A program made the translations under genes and the position numbers. A stretch of DNA of 64,000 bases, from sequence record MW879341.1. One strand, 5' to 3'. Below, piece by piece: positions 35,993-45,929 of this stretch. The notes under the pieces are model-generated. The model was not told the origin of the DNA. It made no database searches and was given only the letters and a program-made list of their open reading frames with translations. The number at the start of each line of letters is the position of its first letter. Positions within the stretch are counted from its first letter, which is position 1.

Positions 35993-38488
35993 TTACATGT
36001 TACCCCAACCGCCTTCACCACCCTCTTGGTTATTTTCACCTTCAGGGTTTTTCTTAGCGGCTTCTTCAGTACGGCGTGCTTTAGTACGCGCCATCAGGTC
36101 ACGCAACGTATTACCCAACGCTTCGATGAACGCGGTCTGACCCTGCATGAAGTTATACGCAGGTTCTTCTTCGTCACCAGGCCAGGTCAGTGTATCGGTC
36201 ACGTTAGGCAGGATACCTTCAGAGATGATAAACTCACGCAGGAAGTGTTGTTTGATCAGAGTAACGATTGCTTCACAGTCATCACGGTTAGCCTCTGGGT
36301 CCATCTGAGTAAGAATCTCAGGTGTAGCAAAGGAAGCCAACACTGCGTCCAGCACCTGACTGTAGGTGCTGATTTTCTGCAACTGGGTTTCAAGCTTAGT
36401 GTTGTTGGAGTCAGGAAGATCCAGGTAATAGTTTTCCAGGAACTCAATGACCAACTCAGCTTTCCAATCACCCACACGTTGTTCTTCAGGGATGTGTTCG
36501 ATGTTGTCTTCGATTGCTTCGAACAATTCAGACATAATCGTACCACTGTTCACTGCAAGCATACGCATGTGGTCACTGGCCTGCTCACACAGCTTGTTCT
36601 TATACTGCGTTAACTGTTTGTCCAGGAACACGTTGGACGTACGGATAGTCGCAGCAAAGTCAACACCGGTGGATGCATCAACAACTTCAGGTGGTAAGCC
36701 ATAACGTGAGATATGACGGTTACGCAGTTCACGGTCAATCTCTGGATCGACAGTTGAGATAGCCGTAGACGTTGCTTCAACTGAAGCTTTGACCTCTGGG
36801 TATCCTGGATGGTTCTCTACGTTAACAGAGATACCTGCCTGTTCCATATAAGACATAATGTCGTTAGGGTCAGACGTACCCAGTGGATAGTTACCGTTGT
36901 TTACACGGATATACTCATGCACCATCTGTTGCACCCATTTAGACGGGTCAGAGATGCTTGGGTCCAGAGTCAGGTTCAGAGTTTTGTGGCCAACGGCTGC
37001 ACGTACCGCAGAACGGGTAGTTGCAAACAACAGCAGAGCACGCAGAGATGCCAGGATTTTAGTACCGTCGGTCAGTGACTTACCGATACCACGCTTGTTG
37101 TAATCGAAAGCAAAGTAAGACAACAGTTCACGAGGAACGTAAACCACTTTGGTTTCTTTGTTAGACAACGCACGAGCCCACATCATCTGGTAGACAGCAT
37201 TAGGACGAGCAATCTGAATCGCACGACCACGCATCTTACCGTTATCGAAACGTTCCATCAAGTCACGGTCGATATAGTCGATGAAGTCACCGTACATCTG
37301 ACGAGCGTAATCAGAATCGGAATCGTCACACGCGCCGTACATACTTTTCTTAATGTCATCCAATACAGCAGAGGACTCAGATTTGTTTGCACTGAGACGT
37401 TGTTCCAACTGAGACGCGTACAGACTATCTTGCGAGTTATTCAGCGGATTACCGAAACCGTCTAACAGAATGAAGTAGCCGAAGTGCTCAGCCATGTTAG
37501 ACGGGTTACCAACTGGAATAACCGCATCACTGGACAGATCAACAATCATCGGGTGACCGACACTGTTACGATTTGTCTGGTCTTGAGTACGTACGCGTAC
37601 GACGTCCTCAGTGCGTCCACGGCGGCGCACGTATAAACGACGTGCAATGTCATTCAGACGACGACCATCGCCGTAGGATTCCATTCCGTACGTTCCAGTG
37701 GCATGGTATGCATCATGCACACGCTGCGCTGTAATGCTTTCCTGAATAACTGGCAGTTTGATCAAGTTAGGGTTATCGGACACAGAGATAGAACCGATGA
37801 TCTTCGGATCAGTCATCCCTGTTTCACGACCATTACCCAACATGTCTTCCAGTGAGATATTCTGGCGCGTTTTACCCAGCGCTTCTGTTACGCGGTTGTT
37901 ATCACCCAGGATACCTTTCGGTGCGATTTCTGCATTGAGGTCAGACAACGATTCCAGGGAGATACGGTTGTCGTGGTTGATCATTGCATCCAGAGAACTC
38001 TCTGGAACGCAGAGGATTGGATAGCTACCAGTTTTGAACAAAGCCTTGCTCAGTATTTTTGGAAGCTTATCTTTAATTTTATAGGTCTTAGTCCCGAAAT
38101 CCTCCATTACGGAAAGCATGCTTGCCTGTAAAGCCGCTGGTAATGAAGTCTGTTTCAACAGATGGCGGAGGTCGACAGTTTTCATGTCGTCAGGAGACAG
38201 GATACAACTGGTGATAATCATCTCACAGCGTTCTGTCTCTGGCAGGACTTCAAAGATATTCTCAATGTCGTTCATGTTCGCAGAAATGCGTTCAGACGCT
38301 TCAAAGAGAGTATCCGTACGAGCTTGCAGGCGATCAGAGAAACCTCGTGCCTGTCCAGTACGTGTGTCACGTACAAGCTTTGTAGCTACGGCAGCAGTAA
38401 CGGGGTTCTCTCTACGATGACGTGCGCGACCGGCATTAACTTCACTCGCGCGAATCATTACAGAGGGCTTGTTAATTGTATCTGACAT
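35993..38488 (-). CDS. Portal protein (phiKZ gp129/SPN3US gp81 type)
   Basis: About 831 aa from ATG 38488 (ORF track extends to 38503). Processing-type SLE and YGMESY motifs; divergent from the baseplate-type gene, matching recalled synteny. Confidence 0.7.
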   Translation of the reverse strand: MSDTINKPSVMIRASEVNAGRARHRRENPVTAAVATKLVRDTRTGQARGFSDRLQARTDTLFEASERISANMNDIENIFEVLPETERCEMIITSCILSPDDMKTVDLRHLLKQTSLPAALQASMLSVMEDFGTKTYKIKDKLPKILSKALFKTGSYPILCVPESSLDAMINHDNRISLESLSDLNAEIAPKGILGDNNRVTEALGKTRQNISLEDMLGNGRETGMTDPKIIGSISVSDNPNLIKLPVIQESITAQRVHDAYHATGTYGMESYGDGRRLNDIARRLYVRRRGRTEDVVRVRTQDQTNRNSVGHPMIVDLSSDAVIPVGNPSNMAEHFGYFILLDGFGNPLNNSQDSLYASQLEQRLSANKSESSAVLDDIKKSMYGACDDSDSDYARQMYGDFIDYIDRDLMERFDNGKMRGRAIQIARPNAVYQMMWARALSNKETKVVYVPRELLSYFAFDYNKRGIGKSLTDGTKILASLRALLLFATTRSAVRAAVGHKTLNLTLDPSISDPSKWVQQMVHEYIRVNNGNYPLGTSDPNDIMSYMEQAGISVNVENHPGYPEVKASVEATSTAISTVDPEIDRELRNRHISRYGLPPEVVDASTGVDFAATIRTSNVFLDKQLTQYKNKLCEQASDHMRMLAVNSGTIMSELFEAIEDNIEHIPEEQRVGDWKAELVIEFLENYYLDLPDSNNTKLETQLQKISTYSQVLDAVLASFATPEILTQMDPEANRDDCEAIVTLIKQHFLREFIISEGILPNVTDTLTWPGDEEEPAYNFMQGQTAFIEALGNTLRDLMARTKARRTEEAAKKNPEGENNQEGGEGGWGNM

Positions 38489-38531
38489 TTTCGACAACCT
38501 CAACAGGTTTGTGATACTCGGAGGACGTATA

Positions 38532-40742
38532 GTGTCCAGTAATTTGTACGAAATTTATCGGGCGAACACGATGCAGCTAGCTTCAACGCTAGTCATCAAG
38601 TCCACGGGCTCAGCCACAGCCTTAAATAATGGCTTGCTTGAGTACCGTCGTGAGGTTGACACAACACGTCCTGAAACCTGGATGTATTATCTTAACCTGG
38701 CCGGCGAATACCACCCGGAGAACACCATGATGCGTGTTCTGTCCCTCGATACCTTAGAGGAAATCGATTTCACAAAAGCGAACCTTTTAGAGCACCGTAC
38801 TACTGCGCGTGAATACACGTATGGCAGCACGTACTATAAAGAACTCGCTCGTAAGTACCCTGACCAACTTGCGTTGATTCGTGGTATCATTAACCCGGTG
38901 GATTTACAGACAGCAATTAATGCTCCTGACCATGCCATCCTTTATTACGATAACAGTCTGGTCGAGTCCTGGGAGGAAAACTTAATCCCAGAACTACAGA
39001 ACTGGATTGACGGGTACGTCCGTAAGTACGTCCATCACGATTTCTCATTGGTCGAGGATTTATACCTCGCCAGTGCATTGGTTCAAATGCATTTGCGCAT
39101 TGCACCAGTGATCATGATGATTCGTCAGTTGAACTGTCGTACCAACTACGTACACAGTTTCCACTTGTGGAGTTACTTGGCGTCTCATAACTATTTAGAT
39201 GATTACCGTGAGTTCTTAATTCGTGAGCAAGCGATGTGGTTATACCGCGACATCGGTTGGATTGATCACAATAACGGTAAACAATCGACCATGGGTAATC
39301 TTATCGATAATGCGCTAACCATTCGTGGTTTCCCAATCGGTGAGTATGGGATGATTGCTAACGGCGAAGATATCGTAGAGGACTTTTATCCGAAAGCGGA
39401 ATTGAACTTCACGCCACTGAACTTCCATCGCGAACAGGAAGTCGTGCATGATAACAAAACCGTTAAAGAGATCCTGACGAAAGAACTCCCGCTGGCCAGA
39501 GATAACCCTGACAACTTCAGCTACGCCGAATCGAAGATCAACTTCAAATTCACCCGTGGTCTGATGGGTCAGATTCCTTCTAAGGTATTGGAGTCTGAAG
39601 TAACTGACGTCTCACTGATGACGCCTGTGCGAATGATAGACACTCTGTATAACCATTGGGTGTACTACGCATGCAACGGTACGTATCAGACGATGATCAA
39701 CGTGCAGAACCCGCGTACAGGTAATCGGATGGTTATGTCCGTTAAAGATGCCTGGGTTGCTTTCAGTTACTGTTTAAACCGCGCTTTCGGTGTGACGCTT
39801 ACTCAGGTTATCCCGGCAGGTGTGTGGGATACTTTACAAGTTAAAGTGCCTACCTTTAAAACACTGCGTGCGTTGGCTGAACCGTATTACGTCAGTGATG
39901 ACTTGATTCGCACAGCAATGGACATCGCACCATTGCAGCGTAAACTGGTTTCTACTGAGAGCTTCTATTTGAAGTGTGTTGAGATTCATGACGCGCAATT
40001 GGCGCACCGTGAACTCTACAGTCTGCGTGAGTCATTCCATTCGCGCGCTCAGATGGAAGGTGTGTGTCGTAGACTGTATGGTGATCAGCTTTGTGAGTTT
40101 GCTCCGGCTGGCACAAGCGTCGAACAGTTCTTTAAAGTCCGTAACTGGGACTTGTCTGGTTACGATGACAGCACATACATGGCTATCGCCGTAGATATCC
40201 TGAACACCGCAACAGGTCAGGATCTTTTCTACAGTAAGTCACTCACTGAAATCCATGCTGCTATGTTGAGACTGTTCTTGCAGTTGAGTAGCTACACGAT
40301 TCACGCTATCCAGAGTATCAATAGCATTCCAGCTATGGTCTCCGACTGGCGAGTTATCCGTGTGGGTGATCTTGACGTGTATGGTTACTCTCGACATAAA
40401 CACCCGTGGATGCCAACGAACGTCAAGAAGTGGTCTGCCGAATCTGGACACCAAACCGACTACCAACTGACAGGACAAGGTAGTCAGTACACTGCAAGCG
40501 TTAAGTCTGACGCCGCCATTAGCATCCCGTCAGATGTCGATATCAATGTTCGTAGCGGTATGGTTACACGCATCCGAATCCATGGGCCTAGCGTCTACAT
40601 TCGTGCAGCGCGACCACGCGCCATTGAGGACGTTCTGAAGAAACCAGCACTGGATGGTCTGTTGGATTGGGAATTTAACAACGCCAGCGGTAAGACACTG
40701 ACTAAGCCTAACCTGGATGGGTTGGACGACTTTACTAATTAA
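38532..40742 (+). CDS. Baseplate-type virion structural protein (phiKZ gp128-like)
   Basis: GTG 38532 after GGAGGA. WMYYLNLAGEYH and HSFHLWSYLASH blocks; heads the tail paralogue array. Confidence 0.6.
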   Translation: MSSNLYEIYRANTMQLASTLVIKSTGSATALNNGLLEYRREVDTTRPETWMYYLNLAGEYHPENTMMRVLSLDTLEEIDFTKANLLEHRTTAREYTYGSTYYKELARKYPDQLALIRGIINPVDLQTAINAPDHAILYYDNSLVESWEENLIPELQNWIDGYVRKYVHHDFSLVEDLYLASALVQMHLRIAPVIMMIRQLNCRTNYVHSFHLWSYLASHNYLDDYREFLIREQAMWLYRDIGWIDHNNGKQSTMGNLIDNALTIRGFPIGEYGMIANGEDIVEDFYPKAELNFTPLNFHREQEVVHDNKTVKEILTKELPLARDNPDNFSYAESKINFKFTRGLMGQIPSKVLESEVTDVSLMTPVRMIDTLYNHWVYYACNGTYQTMINVQNPRTGNRMVMSVKDAWVAFSYCLNRAFGVTLTQVIPAGVWDTLQVKVPTFKTLRALAEPYYVSDDLIRTAMDIAPLQRKLVSTESFYLKCVEIHDAQLAHRELYSLRESFHSRAQMEGVCRRLYGDQLCEFAPAGTSVEQFFKVRNWDLSGYDDSTYMAIAVDILNTATGQDLFYSKSLTEIHAAMLRLFLQLSSYTIHAIQSINSIPAMVSDWRVIRVGDLDVYGYSRHKHPWMPTNVKKWSAESGHQTDYQLTGQGSQYTASVKSDAAISIPSDVDINVRSGMVTRIRIHGPSVYIRAARPRAIEDVLKKPALDGLLDWEFNNASGKTLTKPNLDGLDDFTN

Positions 40743-40753
40743 GAGGTTTTAAT

Positions 40754-41599
40754 ATGGCCACGCCAATCCCACGGAACTTACCCAGCGAGCAGATGGTAAT
40801 TGCGCTGATTAACCGTGATAACAATTTGAATCTTTCCAGTAGTGATGTCGTGGTGTCGGAACCTCGTAAGAATCCAACGCCTACTACCATTACAGGAACG
40901 ACTGCGGTACGTGACACCTTGGCTGATCTGTTAGCCGTGTACGGTGGCAACTTTAAAGAGTCTGCCCCAATTACGTATCGTCGACTGAATGCGGACACGA
41001 TCTTCGCCAAAGTCACCACAGTAATCCGCCCTAAGAATCAGGTTAACACCACCGACCTGATTGCCGACATTAACACTCTGTACGGTTTAGCACTGACTGT
41101 CGATGACGTGGTCAATGAACTGTTGGATCTGAACACTTTACCTTATTCATTAAAGGTGAAGTTCAAAGACGATAACCCGGCCTGGATTGGTAGCATTCCT
41201 GTTATTATCAAAAGGATGCCAACCGATATCGCAACAGTTGTGACAAATAACGTCCTGCCTGTACTGCGTTATCCAACCGGGCAGTCTACGTTGATACAGG
41301 GCGACCTGTACGCGTACTCACGCGACTTTACAGCTAATGTCAGTACATTGGTAGACATTTCCTTTACGTCGGTTCTGGACCCATTGGTGGCTATTCTGGC
41401 CGCTGAGTTCAAACCGGATGCTTGGGTTATGAAAGCCAGTGCATCGCCCTTTAACCTGTACGGTGCAACCGTGGTGTATAACGGGCCGGTCGTAGATACG
41501 TACTCGACTCGTCGTGACCGCGCTCGTTGTCTGGTGCTCCAGTTATCTAAGAGCTGCAACAATATGGCTGGTCGCTTAATCCTGCACTACGACGCATAG
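40754..41599 (+). CDS. Tail/baseplate protein with the shared paralogue N-domain (phiKZ gp130/131-like)
   Basis: ALINRDNNLNL..V.VSEP ... ITYRRLN; GAGGT RBS. Confidence 0.65.
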   Translation: MATPIPRNLPSEQMVIALINRDNNLNLSSSDVVVSEPRKNPTPTTITGTTAVRDTLADLLAVYGGNFKESAPITYRRLNADTIFAKVTTVIRPKNQVNTTDLIADINTLYGLALTVDDVVNELLDLNTLPYSLKVKFKDDNPAWIGSIPVIIKRMPTDIATVVTNNVLPVLRYPTGQSTLIQGDLYAYSRDFTANVSTLVDISFTSVLDPLVAILAAEFKPDAWVMKASASPFNLYGATVVYNGPVVDTYSTRRDRARCLVLQLSKSCNNMAGRLILHYDA

Positions 41600-41606
41600 G
41601 TGAATT

Positions 41607-42440
41607 ATGTCTATAGTAGAAACCTTCACTAAAGATACGCTACTCAAGCGCATAGAGGGGTTGAACACCCCGGTGCCTGTGGCGCTTAACAGTGATACGG
41701 TGACCGTGGGTAATCCAACTGTCGTAACGGGTGCTCACAACACCCAACTTAAACTCACTGGGTCTAGTCTTTATACTGAAGGGTACGAAGACATACTCGT
41801 GGGGACGGTTAATGTTGCTTACGATCGTTTGGATTTGGCTAAGCTGTTTAAGGGCGTCAGACTTTACTTCAAACTGTCTGACGACAAGCCGGTCGCTAGC
41901 TTGTACGCCTTCCTACCTACGTTATCTAATTTAGTGGGTGTGGCTTTGTATGAGGAGGACGTCAATGATGTTGTCATCACTCCAGCCACTGAGAAAGTTA
42001 CGGTGGTCGCTAAGAGTACGTCGTTAAACGTCACCGGAAAGGTTGACATTACTTTCTTCGTACCGCCAATCGATCTGGATAAACTCAAAGGCAACCTCGA
42101 TATCTTTAAAGACGACGTCAGTGTTTCTGATATGGTCTATAACACCATAGGCGGTAGTACGTTATTCCCCGTTAACGCCTATCGCTTAACAAAAGATGTC
42201 GACTTCAGTCGATACCGCAACGAATTAGCCAACATTGCCAGAACCGGCATGAATGATTCTACTAACCGCGTAAGTGTGGGTAGAATTCTTCGTAGGGAAT
42301 TCGGTCTCACAGTAGGCGACGCTATCAACCCCGACTATCGGGTCACGAGCGTTGTCAATGGGAACACTACCGTTGTAACGTTAAAGACATTAACTTCTAC
42401 GGATAAGTTCGAATTCAAATACACTGATGGGAGTGCATGA
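41607..42440 (+). CDS. Tail paralogue; short partner preceding LRR protein 1
   Basis: 277 aa. NTQLKLTG ... VNVAYDRLDLAKLF; overlaps the next gene (ATGA). Confidence 0.65.
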   Translation: MSIVETFTKDTLLKRIEGLNTPVPVALNSDTVTVGNPTVVTGAHNTQLKLTGSSLYTEGYEDILVGTVNVAYDRLDLAKLFKGVRLYFKLSDDKPVASLYAFLPTLSNLVGVALYEEDVNDVVITPATEKVTVVAKSTSLNVTGKVDITFFVPPIDLDKLKGNLDIFKDDVSVSDMVYNTIGGSTLFPVNAYRLTKDVDFSRYRNELANIARTGMNDSTNRVSVGRILRREFGLTVGDAINPDYRVTSVVNGNTTVVTLKTLTSTDKFEFKYTDGSA

Positions 42441-45109
42441 TGAGTGTGACTAACGTTAAGGTTAAGCAGGAGTTCATTGACTCCATTAACCGGGTTAACG
42501 GTACAGCATTGACTGCATCTGACCTAGTGCTTGACGGTGTAGCCAACGCCAGCGGTTCTGGTATAAACGCTAGTGTTGTAGGTACGGCAGTAGAAGGAAC
42601 GGACAGCAATGTCAAAGGGAGTAAAACGTTCCTCTATAACCGCATCAACCTGAACAGCATGGTTGGTAAGTTATGTCAAACGTTGACTGCACGACCGGTC
42701 ACCTATGTGGCTGAGTTGTTAGAAGACATCAATAAGGCTACCAAGCTCAACCTAACGTTGGATGACATTATCAACGATAAGCTTGACTTGCTCGGTGAGG
42801 AAGGTGAGACATTTACATTACGATGCCAACCGTCATCACCAAAATATACGGGTAGTCTACCGATCACCATGCATTTGAGTGGCACGGTGCTGTTGCGTGG
42901 TAGGATGTCGTTAGTTAAGGGTAAGAATTACAGTATCTATCCTAACTCACAAACAGCTATGGTGTCGAACGCGCCATTCACCACGTTTACTATAAACGGC
43001 GTCGACCACACGTTTAACCCTGATGGAACTTTCACCGCAAACGTAGAAACTGGCGAGTGGGATTTCTATTACAGCACTTCGTACCTTAGCGTCTTTGGTA
43101 GAAATGCACCAATTACACACATTGATCGCCTCATGTGCGTTGACGGGTCACTATCGTCTGGTGGTCCGGTATTCACTTATAACAACTCGTTATTAAGTAT
43201 CGGCGATGATATATTCCGGGGTAACGTAGGGTCGGTTTCTCTCTATCAGATGTTCCTCCAGTGCCGTAGTCTGAAAACTATCGGCACTGATTTCATGGCG
43301 GCTCCAGATGGCTACAATAGTCTGGACAGTACGTTCAGTGGGTGTAACGTACTAGAAAGTATGGGCGACACTATCGTTAGGGCCAGTACCCAGCCTTACA
43401 CTACTGCGACATCTCTGTTCAACGGTTGTGTTCTTTTGGAGCGCATTCCTGCGGGTCTCTTCTCTGGTGCTAGTAACCTTACCACCCTTAACAATGCGTT
43501 TTCTCAGATGGGTGCTAGGACTACTGACGGGTGTTGGGTTGGTGAGTCGCTGTTCGACGATGTAGTTGGGTTAAAGGCTATGGCGAGCTGCTTCGCTTCT
43601 GCCAAGATCTCCAACTGGCCTACTAAACTCTTCAAGAATCACCCTAACCTGGAAAACCTAACGATGGCTTTCCGGTCTAGCAACATCAGAACTATTCCTG
43701 ACGGCATGCTAGATAAGTGCTCTAAAGGTACCCTCATCATTGGAAGCGCCTTCAGTAACTGTACCCTTACATCTGTAGGTAGTAGAATCTTACCGCAGGG
43801 AAGTAAATGTCCAGCGTCGAGTTCCTTCTCTAATTCGAGGCTGTCGAATGTATCTAAGGACGTCTTTGCTGGAGCGTTGGTCACCGATGCGTATAGCATG
43901 TTCGCAGGTTCGACATTTACCGATAAGGTGCCAAACGTCTTTGCAAACCAATCTGCTATAACTTCTATTGCTAGGTTGTTTGCTAGCGCAAATGTAGCAT
44001 TGACTGACGATAATGCTAACATGTTCGCGGACCTCATTGGCGCTACGACTATGGCCAATCTGTTTAACGGCGCAACGTTAACTAACAGTATCATTCCGAA
44101 AGGTATGTTCGATCCACTGGTTAACGTTACTGACTGTACCCAAGCTTTCTATTTACTTAAAAGTTCTATCGATACCCCTATCGTTATTCACGATGGGTTA
44201 TTGGCTAAGATGGCCAACGCTGCTGATTTCACTTTACTGTTCTCTGGGGCAGTGAATCTCGATTTTAAAGGCTATGTGTTACCAGACAGTAAGTCCGCTA
44301 AAATTCTCACTGGCGCATTCCAAGTCATTGCAGATAACTATCCAGATTCTCTACTGAAGAACGCAGAGAATGTGGTTGCGGCTAATAACCTGTTTGTCGG
44401 TGCTAAGATAAATGCGATAGATGGTGCGCTCATCGGCACACTCAAATCCGTGACAGACCTTACGGGTGCTTTCAGGGTTGCTGGTAATCTCACCATTAAG
44501 AAGGGGGCGTTTGATAACTTACCGAACGTAGCTAACATCTCCAACTTAGCAAACGTCGGTGTAACCAGTAGTAACAGCGTGGTTATTGAAGAGGGTGCGT
44601 TTGATGGTGCGGTGGGTCTAACCAACGCATATCGCGCATTTGGTTTTATGGCTGGCGTTGACCTACCGAAAGGCTTGTTCAAGAATTGTAAATTGTTAAC
44701 CAATTTGGGTTCTATTTTCGAAAGGTCTACATTGACGGGAACGTTAGACGGATTCCTGAGCAAAGAGACTATGTCTAATCCACTTACCTCTACTGCTAAT
44801 GCGTTTAATGTGGCCGTCATCACCAACCTCAGTAAGTCCGGTGTGTTAAATCTGCCATTGGTAGGTACTGCGCTAATGACCTTTGCCAACAGTAAGAATG
44901 GGTTCCCTATCACTGTCGCTCAATTTTTAGCGTGGGTTGGCGTTAGTGCAACTAACCATTTCACGACTGATAAAGTGCAGACAGGTTTCATCCTGAATGC
45001 TACCTGGATTGAAGGGGAAACAGACGACCTCGTGCGTGGACTATGGCAGATCAGTGATGCCTCGCTCATTGACGACACTACCCGGAGAGCTGTTCTCGGT
45101 AGACTATAA
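42437..45109 (+). CDS. Tail paralogue N-domain fused to a BspA-type LRR solenoid (LRR protein 1)
   Basis: 890 aa. FLYNRINL N-domain, then about 20 repeats of xIPxxLFxx..xxFxx. Confidence 0.75.
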   Translation: MMSVTNVKVKQEFIDSINRVNGTALTASDLVLDGVANASGSGINASVVGTAVEGTDSNVKGSKTFLYNRINLNSMVGKLCQTLTARPVTYVAELLEDINKATKLNLTLDDIINDKLDLLGEEGETFTLRCQPSSPKYTGSLPITMHLSGTVLLRGRMSLVKGKNYSIYPNSQTAMVSNAPFTTFTINGVDHTFNPDGTFTANVETGEWDFYYSTSYLSVFGRNAPITHIDRLMCVDGSLSSGGPVFTYNNSLLSIGDDIFRGNVGSVSLYQMFLQCRSLKTIGTDFMAAPDGYNSLDSTFSGCNVLESMGDTIVRASTQPYTTATSLFNGCVLLERIPAGLFSGASNLTTLNNAFSQMGARTTDGCWVGESLFDDVVGLKAMASCFASAKISNWPTKLFKNHPNLENLTMAFRSSNIRTIPDGMLDKCSKGTLIIGSAFSNCTLTSVGSRILPQGSKCPASSSFSNSRLSNVSKDVFAGALVTDAYSMFAGSTFTDKVPNVFANQSAITSIARLFASANVALTDDNANMFADLIGATTMANLFNGATLTNSIIPKGMFDPLVNVTDCTQAFYLLKSSIDTPIVIHDGLLAKMANAADFTLLFSGAVNLDFKGYVLPDSKSAKILTGAFQVIADNYPDSLLKNAENVVAANNLFVGAKINAIDGALIGTLKSVTDLTGAFRVAGNLTIKKGAFDNLPNVANISNLANVGVTSSNSVVIEEGAFDGAVGLTNAYRAFGFMAGVDLPKGLFKNCKLLTNLGSIFERSTLTGTLDGFLSKETMSNPLTSTANAFNVAVITNLSKSGVLNLPLVGTALMTFANSKNGFPITVAQFLAWVGVSATNHFTTDKVQTGFILNATWIEGETDDLVRGLWQISDASLIDDTTRRAVLGRL

Positions 45110-45125
45110 ACCTAAGGTGGATTAA

Positions 45126-45920
45126 ATGGCCATTTACAATGGTGAATTTAAAGACGTAATCGCTGGCGCATTCAACGGGGTAAATAAACTCCCCTTTCCG
45201 ATTGCAGCCAACGAGTTTAACCTTGGGGTACCGGGGGTGGTAACACCCCCTTCCAAGGGCTTCAAGTACAACACTAAAACCAAGCTGACTCCCACCCAAG
45301 CAATTAATGCTAACGGCGACTCGTATGGCGGTAGTGTGGATATTCTATACCAACGGTTAGACTTAGGTCTGCTGTTCAAGGGTATCGATATTCAATGGCA
45401 GACCTCTGCCAACACTACCGGTGCTTTTCCAGTCTGGGTGCGCGACTTCATGGGTATACCCATGGAGGACGGAGACATCTTGACGGAGAATATCCCGTTA
45501 ACGGCCAATAACAGCTATATCGTTATTAAGGCCGCACCGACATCACCGTGGTTCATTGGTCAGTGTAAGGTTTACTTCACCAGAGGTAAACCGGTAATCA
45601 ACGACCTTATACCAGACGGGTGGGACACTGGTCTTTACGCAACACTCACCCAGGTCGACGCGGTGTATGCAATGAGTTACTACGCGGATTACTCGCTGGA
45701 CAAGGCACTGTTCCCTACCGCGACTAAAGTCGTAGCAAAAGCGGACTCTGTAATGCTCTGGCGTGCCCTGTGTGGTAGCCGCATTAACGACTGGCCTCTC
45801 TCTGGGACTAACTGCGTTATCTATAGCGGTACGGCTGCGGTGGTTAAAGCTGGAGGCAGGTCGGGTTTTAGTGGTTTAATGGTAATTCCCGAATTGAATA
45901 TTTGGGCACACTACAACTAA
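45126..45920 (+). CDS. Tail paralogue; short partner preceding LRR protein 2
   Basis: 264 aa. YNTKTKLT ... VDILYQRLDLGLLF, similar to the 41607 gene. Confidence 0.65.
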   Translation: MAIYNGEFKDVIAGAFNGVNKLPFPIAANEFNLGVPGVVTPPSKGFKYNTKTKLTPTQAINANGDSYGGSVDILYQRLDLGLLFKGIDIQWQTSANTTGAFPVWVRDFMGIPMEDGDILTENIPLTANNSYIVIKAAPTSPWFIGQCKVYFTRGKPVINDLIPDGWDTGLYATLTQVDAVYAMSYYADYSLDKALFPTATKVVAKADSVMLWRALCGSRINDWPLSGTNCVIYSGTAAVVKAGGRSGFSGLMVIPELNIWAHYN

Positions 45921-45929
45921 AGGTGAAGT

